Positions 1-10,759 of a DNA stretch of 64,000 bases are shown here, one piece after another. This stretch comes from a bacterium. GTDB taxonomy: Bacteria; SAR324; NAC60-12. How positions within the stretch are numbered: position 1 is the stretch's first letter; every line of letters begins with the position of its first letter. Position numbers and translations under genes: made by a program. Under the pieces are notes generated by a model, which worked only from the letters and a program-made list of their open reading frames with translations, had not been told where the DNA came from and did no database searches. The stretch covers positions 576,001 to 640,000 of the forward strand of contig CBDBHR010000030.1 of assembly GCA_965205865.1 (NCBI GenBank), given 5' to 3'.

Positions 1-540
1 ACACCATTTACGAAAGATGCCGTCGGCGTAGATATTTCGTCTTCCATGCTCGCAATCGCAAGTCGTGAACTTCCACACGTCGAATTGATAGAAGCTGATC
101 TCACCCGCGATGATCGATTTGGCAACCGAAAATTTGACCTTATTACTGCTTTTCGTTTTTTCCCCAACGCTGAACCAGCGCTGCGAATGGATGCGTTCAG
201 AGTTCTGGTTCGACACTTAAGTTTCAAAGGGGTACTGATTTTCAATAACCACAAGAATAGCGGAAGCCTGGCTCGCCGTATAACAATAGCCCTAGGAAGA
301 ATCGACCCGGACAAGCGATCGGATTCCGACCGGTTCATGTCTCGTCAAGAGGTTTTCGAACTTGCGGTACGGGCAGGCCTGCGAATTACCAACGAATACC
401 CTTTGGGAGTACTTCCTTTTACGGACCGTCACATGTTTAAACCCCCGGTTCTGCTAGAAGGTATTGAGTTGGTACTAAGCCAAGTGGGATTTGTCAAACC
501 ATTGGCTCAGAATCTGATCTACCTTTGCCGGCATGTTTGA
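1..540 (+). CDS. Class I SAM-dependent methyltransferase (5'-partial)
   Basis: Frame open from base 1: TPFTKDAVGVDISSSMLAIA...EADLT...FDLITAFRFF, typical SAM-MTase motifs. Confidence 0.85.
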   Translation, partial: TPFTKDAVGVDISSSMLAIASRELPHVELIEADLTRDDRFGNRKFDLITAFRFFPNAEPALRMDAFRVLVRHLSFKGVLIFNNHKNSGSLARRITIALGRIDPDKRSDSDRFMSRQEVFELAVRAGLRITNEYPLGVLPFTDRHMFKPPVLLEGIELVLSQVGFVKPLAQNLIYLCRHV

Positions 541-900
541 CCGTGAGTTATTACCGATTTCTCGGGACCTCAACCATCCTTCGGAACTAGACGAATGAAA
601 ATGCACAAATTAAAAACCGCAGTTGTCATGGGACCACGGTTCAAGTTCCGAAAGAACTAGCAGAGCTTTTTGTAAATGCTGACTGATGAGCGAGTCTCTG
701 ATGCGCAACGAGCGATTACCGAGATGCTTCAAGTTCAAGATAACGAGCAACGATGGTCATTGATCATCCCCACAGTTGTACTTCAAGGGAATCTCCTGAT
801 TTCTACCAATTTCGGAGCTTTCAGAGTGATCGGCTCAAGCCTCTTGCGGGTGGACATGGTTGCAACGAGCCCGTCTTTTCAAAACATGGCCGATCAATAG

Positions 901-2034
901 GTGAGGCATAAACACGTTCTCTTTCTGATCCCTTCCCTTCGTGGTGGCGGAGCCGAACGCGTCATAACGACGCTTCTCCGGCATCTGGATCGATCGAGTT
1001 TCAAATTGACACTCGCGCTTGTGGATGCGCGGGACGCAGTTTTCCTGAATGAAGTCCCCGCAGACGTTGAGTTCATCGACCTGCGTTGCCGAAGAGTGCG
1101 TGACGCACTGCCGAAAATAGTTGCAATGATCTGGAAGCGGCGCCCAGACGTGGTTTTCTCGACGTTGGGTCATTTGAACTTGGCCCTGGCCCTGCTTCGG
1201 CCACTACTGCCGCGACATCCGCGCTATATTGCGCGGGAAACGAACATCGTCAGTCAGATTTTGGTTGCTCACGGAAACCCCTGGCTTTGGCGATGGATGT
1301 ACCGGCACTTTTATGGCAATCATGATGCTGTCGTATGTCAATCGCAGGACATGCTGGATGATCTGGTTGAAAATTATGCGTTTCCCGAGGAGCGGGCTAC
1401 CTTGATTTATAACCCGGTTGACTTTGAGCGCATACGGCAGTCGGTTGAGGAAACATGTCCCGACTATTTCTCCACGTTCAAAAGGCATTCGGATATCGTT
1501 CAATTGGTTGCGGCTGGTAGATTAGTCGATCAAAAAGGATTTGACTTGCTCATTGATGCCATAACACTACTGCATGACGACCGTATTCGGTTGACTATTC
1601 TCGGTGTAGGGCCATTATGCACAAGCTTGGAACGACTTGCGCAAGCCAGGCGCGTAGCAGATCAAGTGCAGTTTGCTGGTTATCAGACAAACCCCTACGC
1701 TTGGTTTGCCCGAGCAGACGCCTTCGTCCTTTCCTCGCGCTATGAGGGCTTTCCTAATGTCGTGCTGGAGGCTTTGGCTTGTGGCACGCCGGTCATTGCC
1801 ACCCCGGCGCCAGGTGGAACGCGTGAAATACTGGATAGCATTCCGCAATGCATAGTGGCGGAAGAGATCAGTTCGAATTCGCTGGCGGATGCTATTAACG
1901 AGTGGCTGAAGAGTAGTCGGGACCGGGTTCCCGAATACGCGGTCGTACCCTATCGACTATCGACCATCATGCCTCGCTATACGCGACTTTTCACGGGAGA
2001 GGTAGAGCGTGAAGCTGGCAAGGATCGGATATGA
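901..2034 (+). CDS. Glycosyltransferase family 4
   Basis: GGGAERV N-terminus, AGRLVDQKGFD, SSRYEGFPNVVLEALACG. Confidence 0.92.
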   Translation: MRHKHVLFLIPSLRGGGAERVITTLLRHLDRSSFKLTLALVDARDAVFLNEVPADVEFIDLRCRRVRDALPKIVAMIWKRRPDVVFSTLGHLNLALALLRPLLPRHPRYIARETNIVSQILVAHGNPWLWRWMYRHFYGNHDAVVCQSQDMLDDLVENYAFPEERATLIYNPVDFERIRQSVEETCPDYFSTFKRHSDIVQLVAAGRLVDQKGFDLLIDAITLLHDDRIRLTILGVGPLCTSLERLAQARRVADQVQFAGYQTNPYAWFARADAFVLSSRYEGFPNVVLEALACGTPVIATPAPGGTREILDSIPQCIVAEEISSNSLADAINEWLKSSRDRVPEYAVVPYRLSTIMPRYTRLFTGEVEREAGKDRI

Positions 2035-2153
2035 CCAGTGTCGGAACCAAGGAATGATTTTCGCTAAACTCCGACGACATAGCAAGTTGAATCGATTCAG
2101 AGAAATTCCACACCGGAGAGTGTTCAGGTTCACACACCTGTTAGAAAAGAGGG

Positions 2154-3644
2154 TTGAACGAAATGGATAACAACACACTCATCAACACACAAGTGGTAAT
2201 TCGTCATACCGGCACCGTGGCTTATCCTGCTTTTCCCTATAATCCGCCGCGCCGGTACCCGGAGTTCTCGACATTCGACGTGCAAGTCGACGAGACGAAT
2301 CATATCTATGAAGCTGTGCGGAACGTACTAGCCGACCTGCAACTCGATCGGGACAACTTCGACCACCCTTTGTGGAATCCTCTAGGGAGTTTCATCAAGA
2401 GCGGTCAACGGGCCTTGATCAAGCCCAACTGGGTGCTCCATGCGAACAGACTGGACGGGTCGATAGAATCCCTTATAACCCACACCTCGCTGATCCGAAC
2501 TATGATGGATTATCTTTTACTGGCGCTGAATCAGGAGGGTACCATAGAAATCGCAGATGCGCCATTACAGGGTTGCGACTTCGCCGAACTCCTGCGTCGC
2601 AATCTGGTCATGGAACTGCTTGAGGAGTACATAACACGGTTTCCCGCGGTAACGTTTACCGTCCTAGATCTGCGCAAGACAATCATGAGCGGAAAGGAAA
2701 AATGGTTCGGAGGGTTTGAAAAACAGACGGCACAAAGTGGTGACCCACGTGGTTATGCGCTGGTCGATCTCGGACAAGCGAGCTTTCTCGCGGAGATACA
2801 GGACAAATTCCAGCGATTTCGTGTTACTGAGTACGATTATCGCCTAATGCTTGAGCATCATAACGAAGAGAAGCACGAATATCTGGTTGCCAACTCTATT
2901 CTTTCGGCCGACTTCATCGTCAACCTGCCGAAGCTGAAGTGTCACATGAAGGCGGGCATAACCGGCGCGCTGAAAAATCTCGTAGGAATCAATGGGCATA
3001 AGGAATATCTACCTCACCACACCAACGGCTGTCCAGCCAGGGGAGGAGACCAATACAAGCACAACAGTGCGTTGAAGCCATTGATTAACCGACTGTACGA
3101 TGACTATTGGTCCAAGGTCAACGATCGTGGAACGCTGCATAACGTCTTGGAAGCGTATTTTATCCGAGCCCTGCGTCTTGCTTCGAAATTGCTGGACAAA
3201 GATCACAGGTTCGAAGGTGGCTGGTCAGGTAACGACACTATTCCAAGGACGACCCTGGATCTGAACCATCTGCTTTACTTCCATGACCCGGCCACACGTG
3301 ACTTTTCGCCGATACCTCTACGAAACATACTCCACATCGTTGACGGGGTGATTGCGGGTGAAGGTTACGGCCCGCTCACGCCAACTTCGAAGGCGGCGGG
3401 CGTCGTTTTGGGAGGATGGAATCCTTTGTTGGTTGACGTATGCGGAGCAAGACTCATCGGGTTCGACCCCATGAAAGTACGACTTCTCCGGTACGGGTTC
3501 AGCCATGAGAAAAGCCGGTTCTCAATCCCCCCGGCATCATTTTGGGATATTCTAGTCACTGAAGACGGTGAACTGAAGCAGTTAACGCACGTGCCCAGTT
3601 TAGGTTTTACGATACCCGATGAATGGAAAAATGCAGCGATTTGA
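2154..3644 (+). CDS. DUF362 domain-containing protein
   Basis: LIKPNWV, ADAP, NLPKLKCHMKAGITGALKNLVG, IVDGVIAGEGYGP. Confidence 0.8.
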   Translation: MNEMDNNTLINTQVVIRHTGTVAYPAFPYNPPRRYPEFSTFDVQVDETNHIYEAVRNVLADLQLDRDNFDHPLWNPLGSFIKSGQRALIKPNWVLHANRLDGSIESLITHTSLIRTMMDYLLLALNQEGTIEIADAPLQGCDFAELLRRNLVMELLEEYITRFPAVTFTVLDLRKTIMSGKEKWFGGFEKQTAQSGDPRGYALVDLGQASFLAEIQDKFQRFRVTEYDYRLMLEHHNEEKHEYLVANSILSADFIVNLPKLKCHMKAGITGALKNLVGINGHKEYLPHHTNGCPARGGDQYKHNSALKPLINRLYDDYWSKVNDRGTLHNVLEAYFIRALRLASKLLDKDHRFEGGWSGNDTIPRTTLDLNHLLYFHDPATRDFSPIPLRNILHIVDGVIAGEGYGPLTPTSKAAGVVLGGWNPLLVDVCGARLIGFDPMKVRLLRYGFSHEKSRFSIPPASFWDILVTEDGELKQLTHVPSLGFTIPDEWKNAAI

Positions 3645-4947
3645 TTGTTTGGCGAAGTACCAGTTGTATCGTCTGCTGAAGTGGCGAAACTACCGGGACT
3701 ATACAAAACGCATACGCACCATGACGAACCAGGACCCATCTGCGCTTTCTCGCAAATATCTTGATCAACTTCTATCGTTCTGCAGTGAGCACAACACATA
3801 CTATGCGGAGTATCTCGCCGGTAGACGTGAACTCAAGAACCTACCTGTATTAACGAAGGAAGTTATCCGCGGGAGGTTCAATGACCTACAAAGTACGAAA
3901 CAAACGTCGCGGACTTACAGGAACAGCTCCGGCGGCTCGACCGGTAAACCGGTGATCTTGGTCCAGGACAATTCCTATAGCAGTTGGTCGAACGCGACTC
4001 AAGGTTTCTATTTCCGCGAATTTCTTGGTGTCGAGATGTTCGGCGCCAAGAGTATCTGGCTATGGGGTTCGGAGCGGGATACTTTCAAGCTGAGCTCTCG
4101 AAAAGCTAAACTCGGGTTGTTCCTTCAGAATCGTCTGCTCCTCAATACTTTCGATACGAGTGAGCAACGCTGGTTGGAGTATATCGAAAATATCCGTTCC
4201 TACCGTCCGTGCTATGTGGCCGGATACGCCGGCTCGCTCTATCAGCTAACGCGGGTGGCTCGCAAACATAATGTTCGTCTGTATAAGCCGGATTTTGTCT
4301 ATTCTGCGGCTGAGATGTTGCGCGACTTCATGCGAAGGGAAATCGAAGAACAATTCAATGCGAAAGTCTACGACTACTACGGTTCGAGGGAAGTCGGTGC
4401 CATTGCGGGCGAATGTTCAGCGGGTCGTCGACACGTATTCGTCATGAACAATTTGATTGAGATTCTGGATGATGAGGGTCATCCGATGGTGAATGGAAAA
4501 GAAGGCAGGATCACAATCACGAATCTTCACAACTATTCTTTTCCCATGATCCGTTACGACATCGGAGATAGCGGCGCGATTCGTTTCGACGAGTGCCCGT
4601 GTGGCTCGTCGCTGCCGGTTCTTGAAAAATTGACGGGCAGGATAACGGATCATTTTCTCTTGAGAGATGGTGGACTCGTTCACGGTGAATATTTCACTCA
4701 TCTGTTTTATTTTCGGAACTGGGTTGAACAATTCCAGGTCGATCAAGTCGACTACAACCGTATCAGGATTTTTGTCGTAGTGGACGCCCCAGTCAACGAC
4801 CATGACGTAGATGATATCAACGCGAAAATCCGCTTGGTAATGGGCAAAGACTGCGCTTTGGAATGGCAGTACGTGGATTCAATCGAAAAGACGCCACAGG
4901 GAAAGTATCTTTTTACGCGCTGTCTCATTGATGAATCGGCAGGATGA
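3619..4947 (+). CDS. Phenylacetate-CoA ligase family / CapK-like adenylate-forming enzyme
   Basis: SSGGSTGKP P-loop, YYGSREVG, PMIRYDIGD, GRITD. Confidence 0.88.
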   Translation: MNGKMQRFDCLAKYQLYRLLKWRNYRDYTKRIRTMTNQDPSALSRKYLDQLLSFCSEHNTYYAEYLAGRRELKNLPVLTKEVIRGRFNDLQSTKQTSRTYRNSSGGSTGKPVILVQDNSYSSWSNATQGFYFREFLGVEMFGAKSIWLWGSERDTFKLSSRKAKLGLFLQNRLLLNTFDTSEQRWLEYIENIRSYRPCYVAGYAGSLYQLTRVARKHNVRLYKPDFVYSAAEMLRDFMRREIEEQFNAKVYDYYGSREVGAIAGECSAGRRHVFVMNNLIEILDDEGHPMVNGKEGRITITNLHNYSFPMIRYDIGDSGAIRFDECPCGSSLPVLEKLTGRITDHFLLRDGGLVHGEYFTHLFYFRNWVEQFQVDQVDYNRIRIFVVVDAPVNDHDVDDINAKIRLVMGKDCALEWQYVDSIEKTPQGKYLFTRCLIDESAG

Positions 4948-5084
4948 GCGAGGTCATCATACTATTATGCCCCTCACCGACATCGGTCTGGAGTTCGAGT
5001 TTTGGAAGAAAGGTCGTAAAACACGATGAGTCACAGTTGTCAGCGAAAAAATCCGAATTTTTCGAAGGGAAAAGAAAAGGAAAA

Positions 5085-6221
5085 TTGAAGTTGATCGTAG
5101 TTATCACCGGTCTTTCCACCGGCGGCGCTGAAATGATGTTGCTCAAAGTTCTGGAGAACATTGATCGTCATCGATTTTCTCCACATGTCATTTCACTGAC
5201 GACAAAAGGGGAGATCGGCGACTGTATTGAAGCGCTGGGAATACCGGTCGAAGCGCTTGGCATGAAATCCGGTTGTTTCAGTCCGGTAAAGTTCTTACGA
5301 CTTGTCTACATGCTCCGAGAATTGAATCCGGATGCCATCCATACCTGGATGTATCATGCGGATTTGTTGGGCGGGTTGGCAGCACGCTTGGCAGGGGTCC
5401 GGACCGTTGGTTGGGCAATCCATCACAGTAATTTTTCGTCGTCACACAATAAGCGATCAACCTTATGGGTTATGAAGGCGTGTTCGCTCTTGTCTGATCG
5501 AATACCGAGAAAAATTCTATGCTGTTCTCGAGTGGCGATGGATATTCATATTTCTGCCGGATATGACAAAGGAAAGATGGTCGTCATCCCCAATGGATTC
5601 GACATCTCTCGGTTTCTCCCGGACGCAAACGCTCGTATCTCGGTACGTTCCGAATTGGGGTTGCGCAAAGACACCCCGCTCGTCGGGTTGATTGCACGCT
5701 TCGACCCGCAGAAAAATCATGAGGGCTTCTTCGAAGCCGCCGCGCGAATACATCAAAGCCTTCCCGACGCCCATTTTTTACTGGCAGGCGCTGGGGTGAA
5801 GGACAACAACCCCGCGTTGCGTCGCGCGATAAAGCAGGCTGGAGTGGGAACAAATACCCACCTTCTTGGAAAACGTGAGGATATTTCTCGTTTAATGGCT
5901 GCTCTGGACGTACTCGTTTCTTCTTCTTCTTTTGGTGAGGCCTTCCCCAACGTGCTCGGTGAGGCCATGGCTTGCGGCGTGCAATGCGTGGTCACGGAAG
6001 TTGGGGATTCAATGGAAATCGTAGGAGAGACGGGTCGGGTCGTGGCAGTGGGAGATATGGACGGATTGGCTCATAACATCGTCGAGATTTTGCAATTGTC
6101 TTACGAGGAACGCCGAGCCATGGGAGCAAAAGCGCGGGAAAGAGTTCGAGCGAGATACGAAATCGAAAGCGTGGTCAAACAATATGAAAGATTCTATGAA
6201 AGCCTAATGAGCAAGAGCTGA
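5085..6221 (+). CDS. Glycosyltransferase family 4 (WbnK-like)
   Basis: ITGLSTGGAEMML, HTWMYHADLLGG, GEAFPNVLGEAMACG; start estimated at TTG 5085 (ORF open from 4944). Confidence 0.9.
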   Translation: MKLIVVITGLSTGGAEMMLLKVLENIDRHRFSPHVISLTTKGEIGDCIEALGIPVEALGMKSGCFSPVKFLRLVYMLRELNPDAIHTWMYHADLLGGLAARLAGVRTVGWAIHHSNFSSSHNKRSTLWVMKACSLLSDRIPRKILCCSRVAMDIHISAGYDKGKMVVIPNGFDISRFLPDANARISVRSELGLRKDTPLVGLIARFDPQKNHEGFFEAAARIHQSLPDAHFLLAGAGVKDNNPALRRAIKQAGVGTNTHLLGKREDISRLMAALDVLVSSSSFGEAFPNVLGEAMACGVQCVVTEVGDSMEIVGETGRVVAVGDMDGLAHNIVEILQLSYEERRAMGAKARERVRARYEIESVVKQYERFYESLMSKS

Positions 6222-6222
6222 T

Positions 6223-6448
6223 ATGTGTGGACTGACGGGCTTTTTTCAATACGATTCCTGGTTGCGCTTGGCCATTTCGGGATTGGGCGGAGGCGTTGCT
6301 GGACGAACCACCTTTACGGTAAGAAGGATTTTTCAATCCAGGACCTATCCGGCAGAAATGGGTAGAGTATCTGAATCGTCAACGTAATTGGCAATATCAC
6401 CTATGGGACGTGTTGATCTTTCAGATCTGGATGGAGGCGTCTCGCTGA
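6223..6448 (+). pseudogene. asnB: Asparagine synthase (glutamine-hydrolysing) remnant with large internal deletion
   Basis: MCGLTGFF N-terminus joined to C-terminal DSWLR/PFRDWAEALLDE..*EGFFNP..NWQYHLWDVLIFQIWME; also a frameshift and a stop. Confidence 0.8.
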
Positions 6449-7567
6449 AATCAACAAAGGTCGTCATCGCTTCCAACTCCGCCTGGAGCATCGTCAATTT
6501 CCGGGCTGGTCTCATCCGAGCCTTACTGGATTCGGGTTTCGAAGTGGTCGCGGTAGCTCCGCCCGACGAATTCACGGCCCAACTGTTCGATCTGGACTGC
6601 CGTTACCTGCCGTTGCCGATTGACGGCTGTGGTACTCATCCCGGACGCGATCTTCTTTGATGTGGCGATTTTGGCGGTTGTTACGACGCGAACGACCGGA
6701 CGTGTACCTGGGATATACGGTGAAACCCAATGTGTACGGTTCATTGGCTGCCCACGTATTGGGCATTCCAGTAATCAACACTATTACAGGTCTTGGTGTG
6801 GTCTTCATGAAGAAAAACTGGTTGACTCTGCTCGTACGTAGATTGTATCGACTATCCCTGATTCGCTCGAAGACGGTGTTTTTTCTTAACGAGGATGACC
6901 GTCAGTTGTTCATCGAAGACGGATTAGTGCAGTGCAAAAAAACGGACACGCTGAAAGGGGAGGGTTACTGAGTGATCTCGATGGATTCAAACTCACACCG
7001 ATTTCTCCTAATAACGAGCACCGATTTCGTTTTTGTTGATCTGCCGTATGCTCTGGGAACAAGGGGGTAGGCGAATATCGTGGAAGCGGCACGCATCGTC
7101 AAGCGCTGTTTTACCAAGCGCTGATTTCTGTTTGTTGGGGTTTCTCGATGTTCAAAATCCGTCCGCAATTGTCAGTAGTCAGATGGATGCGTGGATAGCT
7201 GAGGGCGTAGTGCGCTATCTTGGCGCCAGGCGACGACGTGCGCGGGGAGATCGAGGCGGCGGATTGTATCGTGCTACCCTCCTACCGTGAAGGGATGCCA
7301 CGCACGTTGTTGGAGGCCTCGGCTATGGGACGCCCCATTATCACGACCGATGCGGTGGGCTGTCGTGAGGTAGTGGACGACGGAGTGAACGGTTTTCTCT
7401 GCCGGGTGCAAGACGTGGATGACCTGGCTGAAAAGATGGAACGAATGCTGGCGCTCAGCCGGGAAGAAAGAAGCGAGATGGGTCGGCGTGGACGAGAAAA
7501 GATAGAACGGGAATTCGACGAGCGACTGGTGATTGATCGCTATCTGGAGGTAATTTCTACGCTATGA
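6445..7567 (+). pseudogene. Glycosyltransferase family 4 (CapM-like), several frameshifts
   Basis: Consecutive fragments NSAWSIVNFR / YTVKPNVYGSLAA / RMLW / VLPSYREGMPRTLLEA in different frames. Confidence 0.85.
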
Positions 7568-7680
7568 ATCTCAAATTGGGGACGCATTGAACAATCTGCG
7601 CTTTCCTGAGTCGTAGTGGGAACGGAATGTCATAGCCAATGGCGATTTTTATACCAATTCCGCATCAGAAAATCGCAGTC

Positions 7681-7779
7681 ATGAATAAACCCCGCATTGT
7701 GGATAACTATGAGTTCTGTGTGAATTGGATTCTGAATCAGTCGAGTGGAAATAATCTCAGCGTGCTTGACTGGGTGTAA
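7681..7779 (+). pseudogene. Possible N-terminal fragment of a SAM methyltransferase
   Basis: MNKPRIVDNYEFCVNWILNQSSGNNLSVLDW*, ending where a VLDxGCG motif would start. Confidence 0.25.
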
Positions 7780-7795
7780 AGAACTCAAGAGATAT

Positions 7796-9097
7796 CTATA
7801 ACAAGATGACGTTGTCTTTTTTTCCAGTTACGTGGCGGGTTCCGTTGCGCGTGTCGAAGATGACCGGCGCATACTCAACGAGCATGTCGTAGTCGAAGGT
7901 GGAATGGGCGGTGAGAATGAGGCAGGCGTCACATGCAGTCAATAATGCGGGAGTCAGCCGCCTGGCAGTATACTGCATATCCCCCACTGTCAGCCTTGCA
8001 GTGAATGGGTCCACGTAGAGGAGTTCCGCTTCTTCTTTTTGTAATAATTCCATGACCTTGGTTGCCGGAGATTCGCGTGGGTCACTGACGTCGGCCTTAT
8101 AGGTCACTCCCATGACGAGAACCGTTGCTCCATTCAAACATTTTCCACGTCGATTGAGCAGGCGTTGCAGTTTGCTGACGACAAAATACGGCATTCCGTC
8201 ATTGATTTCTCCCGCCAACTCGATAAACCGCGTGCGCAGATCGTATTCTTTCGCTTTCCAGGATAAATAATATGGATCGAGAGGAATACAGTGTCCTCCC
8301 ACCCCTGGTCCGGGGTAAAAAGGCATGAATCCGAAATTTTTGGTAGCGGCCGCTTGAATCACTTCATACACGTCGACGTCCATGCGGTCGCAAAGTAAAG
8401 CGAGTTCATTGACGAGCGCGATATTGACCGATCGAAAGACGTTTTCGAACACCTTGGTCATTTCCGCGACTCGAGTAGAGGAGACGGGAAAGATATTGCT
8501 GATGGATTGTTCATAAAAGATGCCTGCCAATTCGCAACAAGCTGGAGTCATGCCGCCCACGAGCTTGAAGGTGTTATGGGTCTTGAACGAGGGGTTGCCA
8601 GGGTCGACGCGTTCAGGTGAAAAGGCAACATGGAGATCTTGTCCCACTCGAAGCCCGCTTTTGGTCAATTCAGGCGCAATGATTTCTTCGGTCGTACCCG
8701 GATAAGAGGTGCTTTCCAGGACGACCAGCATGTTGGCATGGGAGTAGCGAGCGATGGTTTTGGTGACTTTGACAATGGCGCTGATGTCAGGTTCCTTATT
8801 GGCGGTCAGGGGTGTCGGCACGCAGATCAAGACGACGTCGCATTCGCTCAAGCAGGCAAAGTCCGTCGTGGCCGACAGGCGTCCTGCCCTTACCGTTTCG
8901 CGTAATTCGTCCGCATCGACGTCCGCCAGATAATTCACTGCCGCGTTGACTTTCTCGACTTTGTCCTCGTTCTCTTCGATTCCCCAGACTCGAAATCCTG
9001 TTTTGGCTTGCAAGACGGCCAGTGGTAATCCCACGTAACCCAAGCCAATGACTGCAATGACAGAAGACCGCGTTTCTATTTTTTCTCTCAGACTCAT
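7796..9097 (-). CDS. Nucleotide sugar dehydrogenase (UDP-GlcNAc/ManNAc 6-dehydrogenase, WbpA/WecC family)
   Basis: GLGYVGLP, CVPTP, ESTSYPGTT, SPERVDPGN, GPGVGGHCIPLDP, YKADVSDPRESP. Confidence 0.92.
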   Translation of the reverse strand: MSLREKIETRSSVIAVIGLGYVGLPLAVLQAKTGFRVWGIEENEDKVEKVNAAVNYLADVDADELRETVRAGRLSATTDFACLSECDVVLICVPTPLTANKEPDISAIVKVTKTIARYSHANMLVVLESTSYPGTTEEIIAPELTKSGLRVGQDLHVAFSPERVDPGNPSFKTHNTFKLVGGMTPACCELAGIFYEQSISNIFPVSSTRVAEMTKVFENVFRSVNIALVNELALLCDRMDVDVYEVIQAAATKNFGFMPFYPGPGVGGHCIPLDPYYLSWKAKEYDLRTRFIELAGEINDGMPYFVVSKLQRLLNRRGKCLNGATVLVMGVTYKADVSDPRESPATKVMELLQKEEAELLYVDPFTARLTVGDMQYTARRLTPALLTACDACLILTAHSTFDYDMLVEYAPVIFDTRNGTRHVTGKKDNVILL

Positions 9098-9367
9098 ACT
9101 TCTTTCTTTTAGATCTCCCACAGGTGAGTTCTGATTGGGCGCGAGCTTGTCTGTAACTACTTTATCCGGGTTGCAAACTCAACGTCTTTTCTTTTGGAAA
9201 GCCGTCTCTCTGCTCAAACAGATCGAATGTCATTTCTCAAACGCCCTTGCGATTTTATATGCAAGATGACGTATAACGTTGAAATCAAATTCACATACGA
9301 TTGGATCACCGCTGGCGTCTCCGGGGTCAGCTGAATTCCCACTTCAAGTGAACCCCCGGACCAAGGA

Positions 9368-10370
9368 ATGGCGCGTATGGACAATGGAAAAACAATGACC
9401 CCCAGTTATCTCGTTACGGGAGCCGCCGGGTTCATTGGCAGTCGGGTGGCGGAGTTGTTGCTGGATGGTGGCGCGGAAGTTACCGGCGTCGACAATCTGA
9501 ATCACACCTACGACGTCCGGCTTAAAGAGTGGCGGCTCGCCCAACTCGATACCCGGGAGGGGTTCAGCTTCCGCAGAGTGGACATCTTCGACCCAAGAGC
9601 AGTCGACGGTCTCTTCGCGAAGGGCTTCGACGCCGTGGTCAACCTGGCGGCTCGGGCCGGGGTGAGAGCATCGGTGGAAGACCCGCAGGCGTATATCGAC
9701 TGCAACGTCAGCGGTACGCTGAACCTGCTGCGGGCATGCAAGGCGTATGACGTGCCCAAATTGGTACAGGCGTCGTCTTCCAGCGTCTACGGTTCGAGAA
9801 GCACGCCGCCGTATCGCGAAGACGCCGTTACCGACTGGCCACTCTCTCCATACGCGGCGTCGAAGAAGGCCTGCGAAGTCCTCTGCTACCCGTACCACCA
9901 TCTGAACGGCACCGACGTCACTGCCTGCAGGTTTTTCACGGTTTACGGCCCTGCCGGACGCCCCGACATGGTGCTCTTCCGAGTGGTGCAATGGATCGCC
10001 GAGGGACGCCCCGTCCTTGTCTACGGGGACGGGCGGCAAGAGCGGAACTTCAGCTACGTGGACGATGTGGCGCGAGGCGTGGTTGCGGGATTGAGGCGAG
10101 TGGGTTTCGAAATAGTGAATCTGGGCTCCGACCGGTCGGTGAAGTTGATTGACGCCATCTCGCTGGCCGAGAAGCTGCTGGGCAGGAAGGCGAAGATCGA
10201 GTATCTGCCCGGCAATCCGGCAGACGTGTCGCTCCAATCCGGCAGACGTCACGAAAGCAAAAAACCTGCTCGACTGGGAACCGCAAGTGGACCTGGAAGA
10301 GGGGCTCAGCAAAACAGTGGCCTGGTACCTGGAAAACCGCCAATGGGCCAAGGACTTGGTCACGCTGTAG
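9368..10370 (+). pseudogene. NAD-dependent epimerase (UDP-glucuronate 4-epimerase-like), frameshifted near 10235
   Basis: TGAAGFIG, SSSSVYG, YAASKK, FFTVYGPAGRPDM; C-terminus ADVTKAKNLLDWEP...DLVTL* lies in another frame; visibly GC-rich. Confidence 0.85.
10254..10370 (+). repeat. Epimerase 3' end, copy 1 (117 bp)
   Basis: 102/117 identical to 11242-11358 by manual alignment. Confidence 0.92.
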
Positions 10371-10463
10371 GGACAAATTGTGGTATGATACATAACATGT
10401 ATTATAAAATTGGACGTCAATATCATGCAAACTGAATAGGATACGAACATTTAATCTGTCCCT
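10369..10463. repeat. GGGACAG/CTGTCCC-type inverted-repeat element
   Basis: agggacaaatt ... aatctgtccct (10/11 complementary). Confidence 0.5.
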
Positions 10464-10525
10464 TTTTTTCAGCTGATTTGATTTCTAAACCAGAAAATCG
10501 AACATTTATGTAAGATTGTAGTAAT

Positions 10526-10759
10526 ATGAATGGCGCGGAATTGATAAGACGAATCAGGAAGCTGGGAAAAGAAACCGATACAACAGTACGATTCGAGTCG
10601 AGGCATGGAAAAGGCAGCCATGGTCGACTTTATTATGGCCCAAATTTTACGACAGTCAAAGATCGGAAAAAAGAAATAAGAGCTGGTTTACTGCATGCGA
10701 TGCTTGACCAACTTGGACTCACACTTGATGACATTACACGAAATCAGAGGTCTTTATGA
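10526..10759 (+). CDS. hicA: Type II TA toxin, HicA family
   Basis: 77 aa, GKGSH motif, overlaps hicB-like gene. Confidence 0.85.
   Translation: MNGAELIRRIRKLGKETDTTVRFESRHGKGSHGRLYYGPNFTTVKDRKKEIRAGLLHAMLDQLGLTLDDITRNQRSL

Noticed and set aside
676-900. 74-aa ORF between the methyltransferase and GT4
   Set aside because: No recognisable motif or RBS
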